Shown here piece after piece: positions 25,458 to 38,700 of a stretch of DNA of 64,000 bases. The notes under the pieces were generated by a model that saw only the letters and a list, made by a program, of their open reading frames with translations, was not told where the DNA came from and searched no databases. Each line of letters starts with the position of its first letter. Positions within the stretch are counted from its first letter, which is position 1. Both the position numbers and the translations under genes were made by a program. The DNA is from Heterodontus francisci. Lineage: Eukaryota. The stretch spans positions 992,001-1,056,000 of the forward strand of contig NW_027142279.1 in assembly GCF_036365525.1 (NCBI RefSeq), written 5' to 3'.

Positions 25458-26720
25458 GAGGAGGTTACAGAGATAGGGAGGAATGTTGGGGCTGGAGGAG
25501 GTTACAGAGAAAGGGAGGGTTGTCAGGCGGGAGGAGGTTACAGAGATAGGAAGGGTTGTAGGGGTCTGGAGGAGGTTACAGAGAGAGGGAGGCTTCTTGG
25601 GTCTGGAGGAGGTTACAGAGAAAGGGAGGGTTGTCGGGCAGGAGGAGGTTACACAGATAGGAAGGGTTGTAGGGGCTGGAGGAGGTTACAGAGATAGGGA
25701 GGGATGTTGGGGCTGGAGGAGGTTACAGAGAAAGGGAGGGTTGTCGGGCGAGAGGAGGTTACACAGATAGGAAGGGTTGAGGGGCTGGAGGAGGTTACAG
25801 AGATAGGGAGGGATGTTGGGGCTGGAGGCAGTTACAGAGATAGGGAGGGTTGTAGGGGCTGGAGGAGGTTACAGAGATAGGGAGGGTTGTTGGGCTGGAG
25901 GAGATTACAGTGATAGGGAGGGTTGTTGGGGCTGGAGGAGGTTACAGTGATAGGAAGGTTTGTAGGGGCTGGAGATGGTTACAGAGATAGGGACGTTGTT
26001 GGGGCTGGAGGCTGTTACAGAGATAAGGGGCTTGTAGGGGCCGAAGGAGGTTACAGAGATAGGGAGGCTTGTTGGTTCTGAAGGAAGTTACAGAGATAGG
26101 GAGAGTTGTCGGGATGGAGGAAGCTACAGAGATAGGGAGGGTTGTAGGGGCTGGAGGAGGTTACAGTGTTAAGGAGGGTGGCAGGGTCTGCAGGAGGCTA
26201 CAGAGATGGGGATGGTTGTCGGGCTGGAGGAAGCTACAGAGATAGGGAGGGTTGTAGCGGCTGAAAGAGGTTACAGAGATAGGGATGGTTGTTGGTGCTG
26301 AAGGAAGTGACAGAGATAGGGATGGTAGTCGGGCTGGAGGAAGCTACAGAGATAGGGAGGGTTGTAGGGGATGGTGGAGGTTACAGAGATAGGGAGCATT
26401 GTAGGCTGGAGGAGGTTACAGAGATAGGGAGGGTTGTACGGGATGGACGAGGTTACAGAGATCGGGACGGTTGTAGACTGGGGGAGGTTACAGACATAGC
26501 GTTGGTTTTCGGGGCTGGAGGTCATTACAGAGATCGGGATGGTTGTCGGGGCTAGAGGAAGTTACAGAAACAGGGAAGGTTGTCGGAGTTTGGAGGAGGT
26601 TACAGATGTCGGAAGGGTTGCATTATCTTATGGAGGTAGCAGAGATAGGGAGGGTTGCATTACCTTGAGGAGATTGCTGTGATAGGGAGGGCTGTAGGAG
26701 CTGCAGGAGGTTACAGAGAG
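25458..26720. repeat. 37-bp satellite (ggaggttacagagatagggagggttgtaggggctgga)n, L2-derived
   Basis: Tandem monomer read directly; reverse complement resembles L2 3' segment at ~30985-31030. Confidence 0.93.
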
Positions 26721-27579
26721 AGTGATATCTCTCACTGATCATGGAATGTATTCACTGTCAACCCCAGTATCATTCTGGTGAATCTCAGCTGTATCTGGTC
26801 GGTGGCCAACAGCTGCTTGCTGAGGTAAGGTGTCCAGACTGAGTGCAATATTCCGGACATAGTCTAACCAGAGCCTCCTACAACTGTGGCATTACCTCCA
26901 AACCCTTTGTATTTTAGACTCTTTCATTAATCACACGTTCAATAATGCATGACTGGATGCATGCACACACACACTCCCAACTCTCACTCCCTCTCTCTCT
27001 CTCTCTCCTCAGTTTGTTTGACTATGTTGTTAGTTGTGCACCTTTGCCCTTCAGCTGATCTTACCTGTGCCTATGATGTGAAGAGTCTATTGTTCTCAGT
27101 CCTTGACAAACACAACAGCTTCCTGCTTTGTAAAGGTTGATATTTTCCTATCAGTGACACACGGCACAACATTCAAATCTGTTAGTCCCAGGGAATGCAA
27201 ATATCAAAGCCGGCTCAGAAGTGTTAATGGGTCCATTGTGGGACTGAATGAATATCTGAGAACCTGGCATGGACACAGGGGCACTGACAGAATCAGCAAT
27301 CCAGTGAGAATGGAGACAGTGGAAACTATCAAGGACTAGGCGTTGGACATGGGCTGGTTGGAACTGAGATGCACATTCAGACGCCCCTTTTCACAGGCAG
27401 TGTAACATTGAGTAACAATGTGCTGCAAGGTGATTGTGATTACTGAGGGGACAGTGACATTGTGATTCTGTCACAGGAATATTATCTAGAACCCTGGACT
27501 GACTGCACTGCCCAATGTGCTAATGATCTAACAGAGAAATGTGGGGACAGACGAATCCCACCCCATCAGAAACAAATCC

Positions 27580-28260
27580 TAGAATAGTACAACAGAGGGA
27601 GGCCATTCGGCCCATCGAGGGTTTGTCATCTCTTTCGAAAATCAACCCAGTTCATCCAACTCCGCTCTCTTTCACCGTTTCCCTCAATTAATTCCCCTTC
27701 AAATATTGAGTCAATTCCCTTTTTGAATAATACCATTGAATTTCCACCACCCTATCAGACATTGCCCTCCAAATCCAAACCACTCATGATATTAAAAAAC
27801 ATTTATCCTCATGTCACCTCTGGTACCTTTGCCCATCACATTAAAGATGTGCCCTCTGGTGATCTATCGAATCTCCCCTTAACCTTCTCTGCTCTAAGGA
27901 GAACGTCCCTTTCTAGCCCAGTCTTTTTACTTGACTGAAATTCCTCACCAACTGAACCATCCGAGCAAATCTCTTCTGCACCCTCTCCAAAGCCTGCAGG
28001 TCTTTCCGAAAGTGTGGTGCCCAGAACTGGGCACAATATTCCAACAGGGGCCGAACTGGTGGTTTATACAGGTTTGGCATGACTCCCGGACTTTTGTACT
28101 CGACGTCTCTATTTACAAAGCCCAGACGCCAATCTGATTTATTGATCGCTTTCTCAACCTACCCTGTCACCTTTAAATATTCCTGCACAAGCATCCCCCA
28201 GGTCTCTCTGTTCTTGCACCACTTCACAAATTGTATTGTTTCATCTCTCCTCATTCTTGC
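27580..28260 (-). mobile_element. Degenerate CR1 3' fragment
   Basis: Reverse complement of LEYCAQFWAPHFRKD/ERVQRRF-like segment and 3' tail. Confidence 0.7.
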
Positions 28261-29149
28261 AGTCAAAATCAAACATATCAAAGACTAATCCCACCCCTAT
28301 CTGGGACAAATTACCCGCTTATTATTATTCAGTCAGTCATGGACAATGGTCTGCCAGTAACTCTATAAAGTTTACATACAACACTTTTCCTTCCATAAAA
28401 CAATATTCTCGGTGATTCTTGTATTGAAGTTTATACCGAAAGCCCACTGCTATCCTAATGTTAGCAGGTGTGGAGCAGTCAGTGACTGAGACATTAACAT
28501 TTGGTCAGGGACCCCTCACAATATCCCATGTCCTGAATACTCAAACACTCTCTCACTGAGAAATTTATGTCCTCCTCATTCTGGTTTGTATGTGTTACTA
28601 ACGCTGTATCTGTGCTATTTAGGAGATGGTATCACTGTCGCTGATGTGAGGATTTCATTGTTCTCATTCTGTGACTACATTCTGAAAAACAGAATCATTT
28701 ACTTTAACCCCAACGACCTCAAGGAAGAAAATGGATGTCATGTCATTTGTCTCTGTGGAGCATCTTGTTTCTCTGGCCCTCTCATCATCCCCCCAATACT
28801 GACCCACTACTGATAAGAGAGGCATGTCTCCTGGGAATATTCTCTCCCTAACATTCAGTCCCTATGAAAGATCAAATATACACAGCCAATTTGAAAATAC
28901 CGACACAATACTGACTATAATTTTCAGAGACCCAGCCCCAGGCTCCAATCTCCCTACACCCTTCCTGTTGGGTAAGTGACGACAAGTTATGTTACAACAG
29001 CAAAGTCCAGTTGGTTAGCAAAGGCCCAGGAGAAATATTAACTTGCTTTATTATGGCAGCTCCTTTCACCGAAAGGCCTTCGTTTGCATAGATTATGTCA
29101 TATTATTAATTATTACTGAATGTAAATATTTCAGCCAACCAGCACTGCG

Positions 29150-29307
29150 GTCAGTCACTGGTCAATCCGTCGTGGTGTATATAGGGGTTGGAGCTGTCAC
29201 TGAGACTGATACTGTTCACAGCAGAGTGGACCCGAGACTGAGGAGCAAGCAGCTGGAACTGAACCGACAACATCTCCCACCCAGCGACATCTACTTTGGA
29301 GACTCTG
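29150..29307 (+). promoter_or_regulatory. Putative TATA promoter and non-coding first exon of D8C gene B
   Basis: TATATA at 29178-29183 followed by G-run; strong donor ctg|gtaagc after 29307; next acceptor ttccag at 29756 precedes the ATG exon. Confidence 0.5.
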
Positions 29308-29771
29308 GTAAGCAGTCGGGTATGGGAGGACTGCTCGAAAAAGCACAGGAGTTTGTCATTTGCTAGGTGTTGACCCAGGGGGAATGTGTCCTGCTTTTCC
29401 TGAAACAACACCATCCTCAGTAATAACCTTTGTCAGAAATTCAAAGAGGTTCGTTACAGGAATGCAGGAGACAGACCTGGAGGAGAGAGTCAGGAACACA
29501 TGTGGTTTGTTCATAAAAGTTTTGGAGAGTGGAAAGGGTGAAGGATTGGAGTCAAGTTCCTGATGTTTATCAAGAACATGTAGTTGAGCTCACCTCTGTC
29601 TGTAGGAGCCACAGTGAGAGAGAGAGAGATAGATGGAGCTCACCTCTCTGAACAGATATACTGACAAACTCCTCTTCAACTCCTTATTTAATATTCCCTC
29701 CAATTGCACGATTCCTTTAGTTCTCTCAAATGTTTGTCTTGTGTTTCCCTTTCCAGGATCTCACCAGTAAG

Positions 29772-32700
29772 ATGTGGACTCTGCTGATCATTCTGGGTTA
29801 CCTGAGTGAGTAACTTTCATTCTCGACAAAGTTGACCCCCAGTACAACTGGAACAAGCTGTGTTTATTCAAACCGTTATATAGAATAATCTCCCAAGATG
29901 TTGCACAGAAATCTGATGGAAGAAATGTCTGACAGGGCAGGGAAGGAGATGATTGGAGGGCTAACTGTTAGTTTAAAAGAGCAGACGGAGGTGGAGAGGC
30001 AGAAAGGTTTAGGAGGCTGGACATCTTGAAGCCACATCAGACACTGCTGGAGGAAAGGGAGTGGAGGGAAGTTCTACAGGAGGCTTGGGTCAGAGAAACA
30101 GAGAGTTGGTGAAGATTACAGAAATGAGGTGGGAGAGGGTGGAGAGGTCATGAAAGAATTTGAACAGGAAGATGGAAGTTGTACATCAAAGGCGTTTGCA
30201 GCTGTGAACCAATGTGGGTCAGAGAGCACAGGGGTGATGTGTGACTTAAACTTTCTGCAAGATAACATGCAACAGCAGTGTGTTGGAGGAGACCTGACTT
30301 CTGGAAAGTGGAAGCTGGGAGGCTGGCCAGGAGTGGATTAGAAGATTTGATTCTCTAGAAGGTAGAGGGTTTTTGGTAGAGGATTGGCTGAGGCAAAATC
30401 AGTGATGGTGGATATTACGGAGGTTGTAATTGGATGTCCTTGTGATGAGGAGGCTACAGGGAAGGAAGCTGGGCACAGTCAGAAGCTGATGAGAAATTGG
30501 AGAGGGACAAGATAGATTCTCGGGGTACGCTAGAGGTAACAGTGCTGGAGTGCGTAGGGAAGACATTGCAGGAGGTTCTCTGGCTGAGACTAGACTGGGT
30601 TGAGTGGAAATAGGCCAGAGCAGTTCCACCCAGCTGGACATGGAAGGAGAGGTGTTGGCGATGGATAGTGTGGTGAATTGTGTCAAAGACTGCCGACAAT
30701 TCGAGAAGGATGATCAGAAACGGTATTCCTGACTTGGCTCTTGCAGCTTCACTGCTGCTCAAACCCTTTACCAGTTCTTTGGTACCTCTAGACTTGACTA
30801 TTCCAAAGATCTCCTGGCTGATCTCTCACATTCCACCTTCTGTACATCTTGGTCATCCAGTATGATACTGCCCAAGTCCCGTTCACCTTTCATCTCTGTG
30901 CTCACTGACCTGCACTGGCTCCCGGTTCAGCAAGGCCTGGATTTCAATATTCTCACAATCGTTTCCAGATCCTTCTATCACCTCGCCGTTCCCTACCGCT
31001 GAAATCATCTCCAGCCCCACAACCCTCGGAGATCTCTGTGCTCCTCTAATTCAGGCCTCTTGAGTATTCCCGATTCGAATCCCTTCCACTATTGGCAGCT
31101 GTGCCTTCACCTGCCGAGGCTTAACGCAAGGGAATTCTCTCCCTCAACTTCTCCGTCTCTCCACCTCTCTTTCATCCTTTCAGACACTCCTTAAAACCTA
31201 CCTCTTTGACATAGCATTTGGCCACCTGCCCGACCAGCTGCTTCTGTGGATCGGTGTCAGTTCGGGATGGTAACACACCGATGAAGTGCTTTGGGACATT
31301 TTATTACATCAAAGGCAGTACATAAATGCAGGTTGTTGTTGGTTTTGAGACTACACGTTCCCTCTCCAGGACCCACCAGTCACACTGGGTCGCTTGTGCT
31401 CCACCTGGCAGTTCTCGCTCCTCCTCCACTTTACATCTTTCCAACTGGGATGAAGTGAAGCTGAGATATTTACTGCTTTCTGCTACCTGAGAGCTGGTGG
31501 TTAATCTAGAATAGGGAGGACTGTCTGTGAGCAGTGAGTTAGAGGGGGAGGCTGAGCTGGGAGACAGATGGAAACCCAATTTAGAGAAGGAGGACATTTT
31601 CCAGCTTTAATCTGGGGGGTTTTGACCAGGGCGGAGGGTGAAACTGAGATTATTGGTATTTTGGGAGGGTACAAGGCGCTGTTTAACATTAACTGTACTT
31701 TATATTAACATTAAACATCTTTCTGTCACTCAGTCACAGACTCCACACTCACTGACCCGTGTGTAAATCACACAGTCCTGGACCAGCCCTGGAGGAGCAT
31801 CGATTGTGATGTCACTGTGGGCTCCGGTCAGGAGAAGTGTGATGATAATCTTGCTCAAGGATGGTACAGATTTAAAAGGTAATGTAAAGGAACAAATTCT
31901 GGGTAAATCAGTTAATGAGGGAGGAGTAATGGATTTCCCCCAGTTTCTGGCACTATCTGTTGTTACCAGTCTCTCTAACAGTTAATATTTACCATCAGTT
32001 CAGGGACTGACTCTGTGATTAACTGTTTCAGTTCTGGTGGATGGAAGATTCCGGACACTGTTGTCCCAGATTTTCACTGCTCCACACGTGCCACAGGCTG
32101 GTTACAGGGTAATTTCCGTCTTAAAAATATCAGATTTACATTCACTGTCCAGCACTGTTCACGTGGGTTACCTTCTTCAATATTTATAAACTCTCATTTC
32201 AGGTTCCCATCCCAGTGTGGGACAGGGGGAAGTAACGAGGACAGTTTGTTTTAACAAGGCTGGAAATCGCTGTCACTGGACCCAGGAAATAAAGATCATA
32301 AACTGCAGCAGTTATTTTGTTTATGAGTTGAAGCCTCCACCCGACTGTAACGCTGTTTATTGCACAGGTAGATTGCTGTTTGTATATGGTGCAGATGGGT
32401 GATTCTGGGATGTCCCGTGTCACCCATGGGAATGAGACAGTTTACTCACTGCCCTCCTTTTTGTAAGGGACACAGTGAATAAAGGATCTGTAAAACAGAG
32501 TGAACTCTTCACTAAAACTCTAGGGAACTGAAACAGACGCTCGCTGTCTGGAGAGAGGGCTGGCATGTCTGGGCAGTATTCTGTCAGGTCTGCAATTGAG
32601 GAGATTCAGGTTTTCTGGTGAGTGTCAGACACAGCAGCAGGATCCTGACAGACTCTATGTGAAGGGCAGTCACTCTCACCTCACCTCTTGAGTTCAGCTC

Positions 32701-35700
32701 TTTTGTCCATGTTTGAACCACACTGTAATGAGGTCAGGAGCTAAGTGACCCTGGCGGAACCCAAACTGACCATCACTGAACAGGTAACTGCTGAGTAAGT
32801 ACCACTTGATAGCACTGTCAACAACACCTTCCATCATTTTACTGATGATACAGAGTAGACTGATGGGACGGTAATTGGGTGGGTTGAACTTGCCCTGCTT
32901 TGACTTGTCCTGCTTTTTATGCACAGGACATGCCTGGGCAGTTTTCCACATTGCAGGGTAGATGCCAGTGTTGTAGCTGTACACGAACAGCTTGGCTAAG
33001 GATGCAACAAGTTCTGGAGCACAGGTCTTCAGTACTACTTCCGGGATATTGTCAGGGCCCATAGCCTTTGCAGTATCCAGTGCCTTCAGTCATTTCTTGA
33101 TATCAAGCGGAGTGAATCGAATTGGCTGAAGACTGGCATCTGTGATGCTGGGGATTGCAGGAGAAGGCCGAGATGGATCATCAACTCAGCACTTCTGGCT
33201 GAAGATTTTTGCAAATGCTTCAGCCTTATCTTTTGCACTGATGTGCTGGGCTCCCTGATCATTGAGGATGGGGATATTTGTGGGGCCACCTCCTCCAGTT
33301 AGTTGTTTAATTGTCTACTGCCATTCACGACTGGATGTGGCAGGACAAGAAATACTGGAATCACTCAGCGGGTCTGGCAGCATCTGTGGAAAGAGAAGCA
33401 AAGTTAACGTTTCGGGTCAGCGACCCTTCTTCGGAACTCATTTGATCCGTTGGTTATGGGATCGCTTAGCTCTGTCCATCGCATGCTAATTATGCTGTTT
33501 GGCATGCAGATAGTCCTGTGTTGTAGCTTCACCAGGCTGACACCTCATTTTGAGGTATGCCTTGTGCTGCACTTTGCATGCCCTCCTGCACTCTTCATGG
33601 AACCAGGTTTGGTCTCCTGGCTTGATGGTCATGATCGAGTGGGGGATATACCGGACCATGAGGTTACAGATTGTAGTTGAGTACAATTCTGCTGCTGCTG
33701 TTGTTCCCACAGCACCTCATGGATGCCCATTGTTGTATTGCTAGACTTGTTTGAATCTATCCCATTTAGCATGGTGATAGTGCCACACAACACGATGGAC
33801 GGTATCCTCAATGTGAAGGTGGGACTTTGGCTCCACAAGGACTGTGCGGTGGTCACGCCCACCAAGACTGTCATGGACAGATGGATATGTGGCAGGCAGA
33901 TTGGTGAGGATGAAGTCAAGTATATTTTCTCCTCTTGTTGGTTCTGTCATCACCTACCGCAGTCCCAGACTAGCAGCTTTGTCTTTTAGGACACGGCTAG
34001 CTCGGTAAGGAGTGGGCTGCAGTGACTGAGAGGAGTGGTCTGCAGAGACTGAGGGGAGTGGGATGTAGTGACTGAGCGAATGAGATGCGGTGACTAGGTG
34101 GAGTAGGATACAGTGAATGTGGGGAGTGGGATGTAGTGACTGAGGGGAGTGGGGTGGAGTGACAGGGGAGTGGGAGGTAGTGACTGAGGGGTGTGGGATG
34201 CAGTGATTGAGCGGAGTGGGAAGTAGCGACTGAGGGGAGTGGGATACAGAGACTGAGGGGAGTGGGATACAGTGACTGAGCGAATGAGATGCGGTGACTA
34301 GGTGGAGTAGGATACAGTGAATGTGGGGAGTGGGATGTAGTGACTGAGGGGAGTGGGATGTAGTGACTGAGGGGAGTGGGATGTAGTGACTGAGGAGAGT
34401 GGGGTGTAGTGACTGAGGAGAGTGGGGTGTAGTGACAGGGGAGTGGGAAGTAGCGACTGAGGGGAGTGGGATACAGAGACTGAGGGGAGTGGGATACAGT
34501 GACTGACGGGAGTGGGATGTAGTGACTAAGGGGAGTGGGATGCTGTAATTGAGGGAAGTGGGATGTAGTGACTACTGAGTGTGATGTGGTAACTGAGGGG
34601 AGTAGGATGTAGAGAAGCGGGGAGTGAGGTGCAGTGACTGAAGGGAATGGTATAGAGTGATTCGGTGGAGTGGGTAAAGTGACATAGAGAAGTGGGATGC
34701 AGTGATTGAGGGGAGTGGGATGCAGTAATTGAGGGGAGTGGGATGCAGCGACTAAGGGGAGAGGGATGCAGTGACTGAGGGCAGTGAGATGTAGTGACTG
34801 AGGGGAGTGGGATGTAGTGACTGTGGGGAGTGGGATGTAGCGACTGATGGGAGTGGGTGCACTGACTGAGGGGAGTGGGTGCAGTGAGTGAGGGGAGTGG
34901 GATGCTGTAATTGAGGGAAGTGGGTGTAGTGACTGAGGGGAGTGGCATGCAGTGACTCAGGGGAGTGTGAATCAGTGACTGTGGGGATTGGGATACAGTG
35001 ACTGAGGGGAGTGGGGTACAGTGACTGAGGAGAGTGTGATACGGTAACTGAGGGGAGTGTGATCCCTTCCATTTATCATCACATTCTCCCCGGTTTCACT
35101 TGTCACTAGAACTTTTCCCAGTTCTGATGTAAGGTCACATATTAACATTAAACATCTTTCTGTCACTCAGTCACAGACTCTGCACTCACTGACCCGTGTG
35201 TAAATCACACAGTCCTGGACCAGCCCTGGAGGAGCAGCGATTGTGATGTCACTGGGTGCTCCGGTCAGGAGAAGTGTGATGATAATCTTGCTCAAGGATG
35301 GTACAGATTTAAAAGGTAATGTAAAGGAACAATTTCAGGGTAATCTAGTCAATATGGGCAGAGTAAGGGATTTCCCCCAGTTTCTGGTACTATCTGCTGG
35401 TACCAGTCTCTCTAACAGTTAATATTTGCCATCAGTTCAGGGACTGACTCAGTGATTTTTGTTTCAGTTCTGGTGGATGGAAGATTCCGGAGACTGCTGT
35501 CCCAGATTTTCACTGCTCCACACATGTTACAGGCTGGTTAAATGGTAATTTCAGCCTTGAGAATATCAGATTTACATTCACTGTCCAGCACTGTTCACAT
35601 GGGTTACAGTCTTCAATATTTATAAACTCTCATTTCAGGTTCCCATCCTAGCGTGGGACAGGGGGAAGTAACACGGACAGTTTGTTTATCCTGGGGTAGA

Positions 35701-38700
35701 AAACACTGCGACAAGGTCCATGAGATAAAGATCAAAAACTGCAGCAGTTACTTCGTTTATGAGTTGAAGTCCCTGTTTTATTGCGCTGCGTATTGTACAG
35801 GTACATTCATGCTTCTATATCATCCAGAGGGTGATTCTGGGATGTCCCGTGTCACCCACAGAAATGAGACGGTTTACTCACTCCCCTCCTTATTGTAAGG
35901 GACACAGTGAATAAAGGATCTGAAACACAAAGTGTACTTCACTGAAACTCGAGGGAACTGAACCAGACTCTGCTGTCTCTGTCTATCAGGCACTCTGATC
36001 CCTGCAGTGTTCATGGCTCACGTCAGGTCCCCACTGCAGTGCTGGGCACCTCACACTCCCTCTCCCAGAAGCAATGTTCGCGAGGAGTTGGATAGGATCT
36101 TCGAGGGTTTGATAAAGATGAAAATCTGACACTGTCTGGACTAGAGAACTATATAAACGAGCTCTTCGGGTTTTCTCCACTCTGCCCTCTTCCTTTATTA
36201 CAGATCCAGAGACTGTCGCAACTGAGGAACCCGAGGAACAAACAACTCGAGAATCCACTAGGGGATCATTGTCTACCCCAGCGGTGTCTGGAACATCAGG
36301 TATCCCCCTTGTGGGTTGCATTCGAAACAGATTCCACACCCAATGTTACACCATAGAAGATCAGTCCTCGAGATCATCCAGTCTCTTACTGAGGGAAGTG
36401 GGATGGAGTGACTGCGGGAAGTGGAAGGGCGTGAATGAGGGAAGTTGGATGGAGTGACTGAGGGGTGTGGGATGGGGTGACTGAGGGAAGTGGGATGGAG
36501 TGACTGAGGTGAGTGGGATGGGGTGACTGAGGGGAGAGGGATGTGGTGACTGAGGGGACTGGGATGCAGTGACTAAGGAGAGTGGGATGATGTAATTGAG
36601 GGGAGTGGAATACATAGACTGAGGGGACTGGGATGTAGTGACTGAGGGGAGTGGGATATAGTGACTGAGAGGAGTGGGATGCACTGACTGAGGGGAGTGG
36701 GATGCAGTGACGGAGGGGAACGGGATGCAGTGACTGAGGGCAGTGGGATGCAGTAATTGAAGGGAGTGGGATGTAGTGACGGAAGGGAGTGGGATGCAGA
36801 GGCTGAGGGGATTGGGATGCAGTGACTGGGGAGTGGAATGCACTGATTGAGGGGTGTGGGATGCAGTGACTGAGGGGAGTGGGATGCAGTGACTGAGGGG
36901 AGTGGGATGCACTGATTGAGGGGAGTGGGATGCAGTGACTGAGAGGAGTGGGATGCAGTGGCTGAGGGGAGTGGGATTTGGTGACTGAGGGGAGTGGGAT
37001 GTGGTGATTGAGGGGAGTGGGATGCAGTGGCTGAGGGGAGTGGGATGCAGTGACTGAGGGGAGTGGGATGATGTAATTGAGCGGAGTGGGATGCAGTAAT
37101 TGAGGGAAGTGGGATGTAGAGACTGAGGGGAGTGGAATGCACTGATTGAGGGGTGTGGGATGCACCGATTGAGGGGAGTGGGATGCAGTGACTGAGAGGA
37201 GTGGGATGCTGTGGCTGAGGGGAGCGGGTTGCAGTGACTGAGAGGAGTGGGATGCACTGATTGAGGGGAGTGGGATGCAGTGACTGAGAGGAGTAGGATG
37301 CAGTGGCTGAGGGGTGTGGGTTGCAGTGACTGAGGGGAGTGGGATGGGGTGACTGAGGGGAGTGGGATGTGGTGACTGAGGAGAGTGGGATGCAGTGACT
37401 GAGAGGAATGGGATGGAGGGACTGAGGGGAGTGGCATGATGTAATTGAGGGGAGTGGGATGCAGTGATTGAGGGGAGTGGGATGATGTAATTGAGTGGTG
37501 TGGGATGTCGTGACATGGGCAGTGCGATGCATGGACTGAGTGGAGTGGGATGTAGTGACTGAGGGAAGTGGGATGCAGTGACTGAGGGGTGTGGGATGTA
37601 GAGACCTAGGGGAGTGGGATGTAGAGACTGAGGGGAGTTGAATGTGGTGACTGAGGGGAGTGGGATGGGGTGACTGAGGGTAGTGGGATGCAGTGACTGA
37701 GGGGAGTGGGATGTAGAGACTGAGGGGAGTGGGATGTAGTGACTGAGGGGAGTGGGATGCAGTGACTGAGGGGAGTTAGATGCAGTGACTGAGGGGAGTG
37801 GGATGATGTAATTAAGGGGAGTGGGATTAAGTGACTGAGGGGAGTGCGATGCATTGACTAAGGGGACTGGGAAGTAATGATTGAGGGCAGTGGGAAGAAG
37901 TGATTAGGGGAGTGGCATGTAGTGAGTGAGGGCAGTGGGATGTAGAGACTGAGGGGAGTGGGATGTAGTGAGTGAGGGGAGTGGGATGTAATGACTGAGG
38001 GGAGTGCGATGTTGAGACTGAGGGGAGTGGGATGTAGAAACTGAGGGGAGTGCGATGTAGAGACTGAGGGGAGTGGGATGTAGTGGCTGAGGGGAGTGGG
38101 ATGTAGTGACTGAGGGGAGTGGGATGTAATGACTGAGGGGAGTGCGATGTTGAGACTGAGGGGAGTGGGATGTAGAAACTGAGGGGAGTGCGATGTAGAG
38201 ACTGAGGGGAGTGGGATGTAGTGGCTGAGGGGAGTGGGATGTAGTGACTGAGGGGAGTTGGATGCCGTGACTGAGGGGAGTGGCATGTAGTGACTGAGGG
38301 GAGTGGGATGTAGAGACTGAGGGGAGTGGGATGCAGTGACTGAGGGGAGTGGGATGTAATGACTGAGGGGAGTGCGATGTTGAGACTGAGGGGAGTGGGA
38401 TGTAGAAACTGAGGGGAGTGCGGTGTGGAGACTGAGGGGAGTGGGATGTAGTGGCTGAGGGGAGTGGGATGTAGTGACTGATGGGAGTTGGATGCCGTGA
38501 CTGAGGGGAGTGGGATGTAGGGACTGAGAGGAGTGGGATGTCGTGAATGAGGGGAGTTGAATGCCGTGAATGAGGGGAATGGGATGTAGAGACTGAGGGG
38601 AGTGCGATGTAGAGACTGAGGGGAGTTGGATGCCGTGACCGAGGGGAGTGAGATGTAGAGACTGAGAGGAGTGGGATGAGGTGACTGAGGGGAGTGGGAA

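Noticed and set aside
25284-26555. GGGYRDREG / LEEVTEIGR repeat ORFs
   Set aside because: 37-bp satellite translation.
27055-27400. Octamer (27196-27203) plus minus-strand donor as an Ig/TCR leader
   Set aside because: The upstream frame has stops and no V exon follows; octamers also occur by chance at ~9977 and ~42557.
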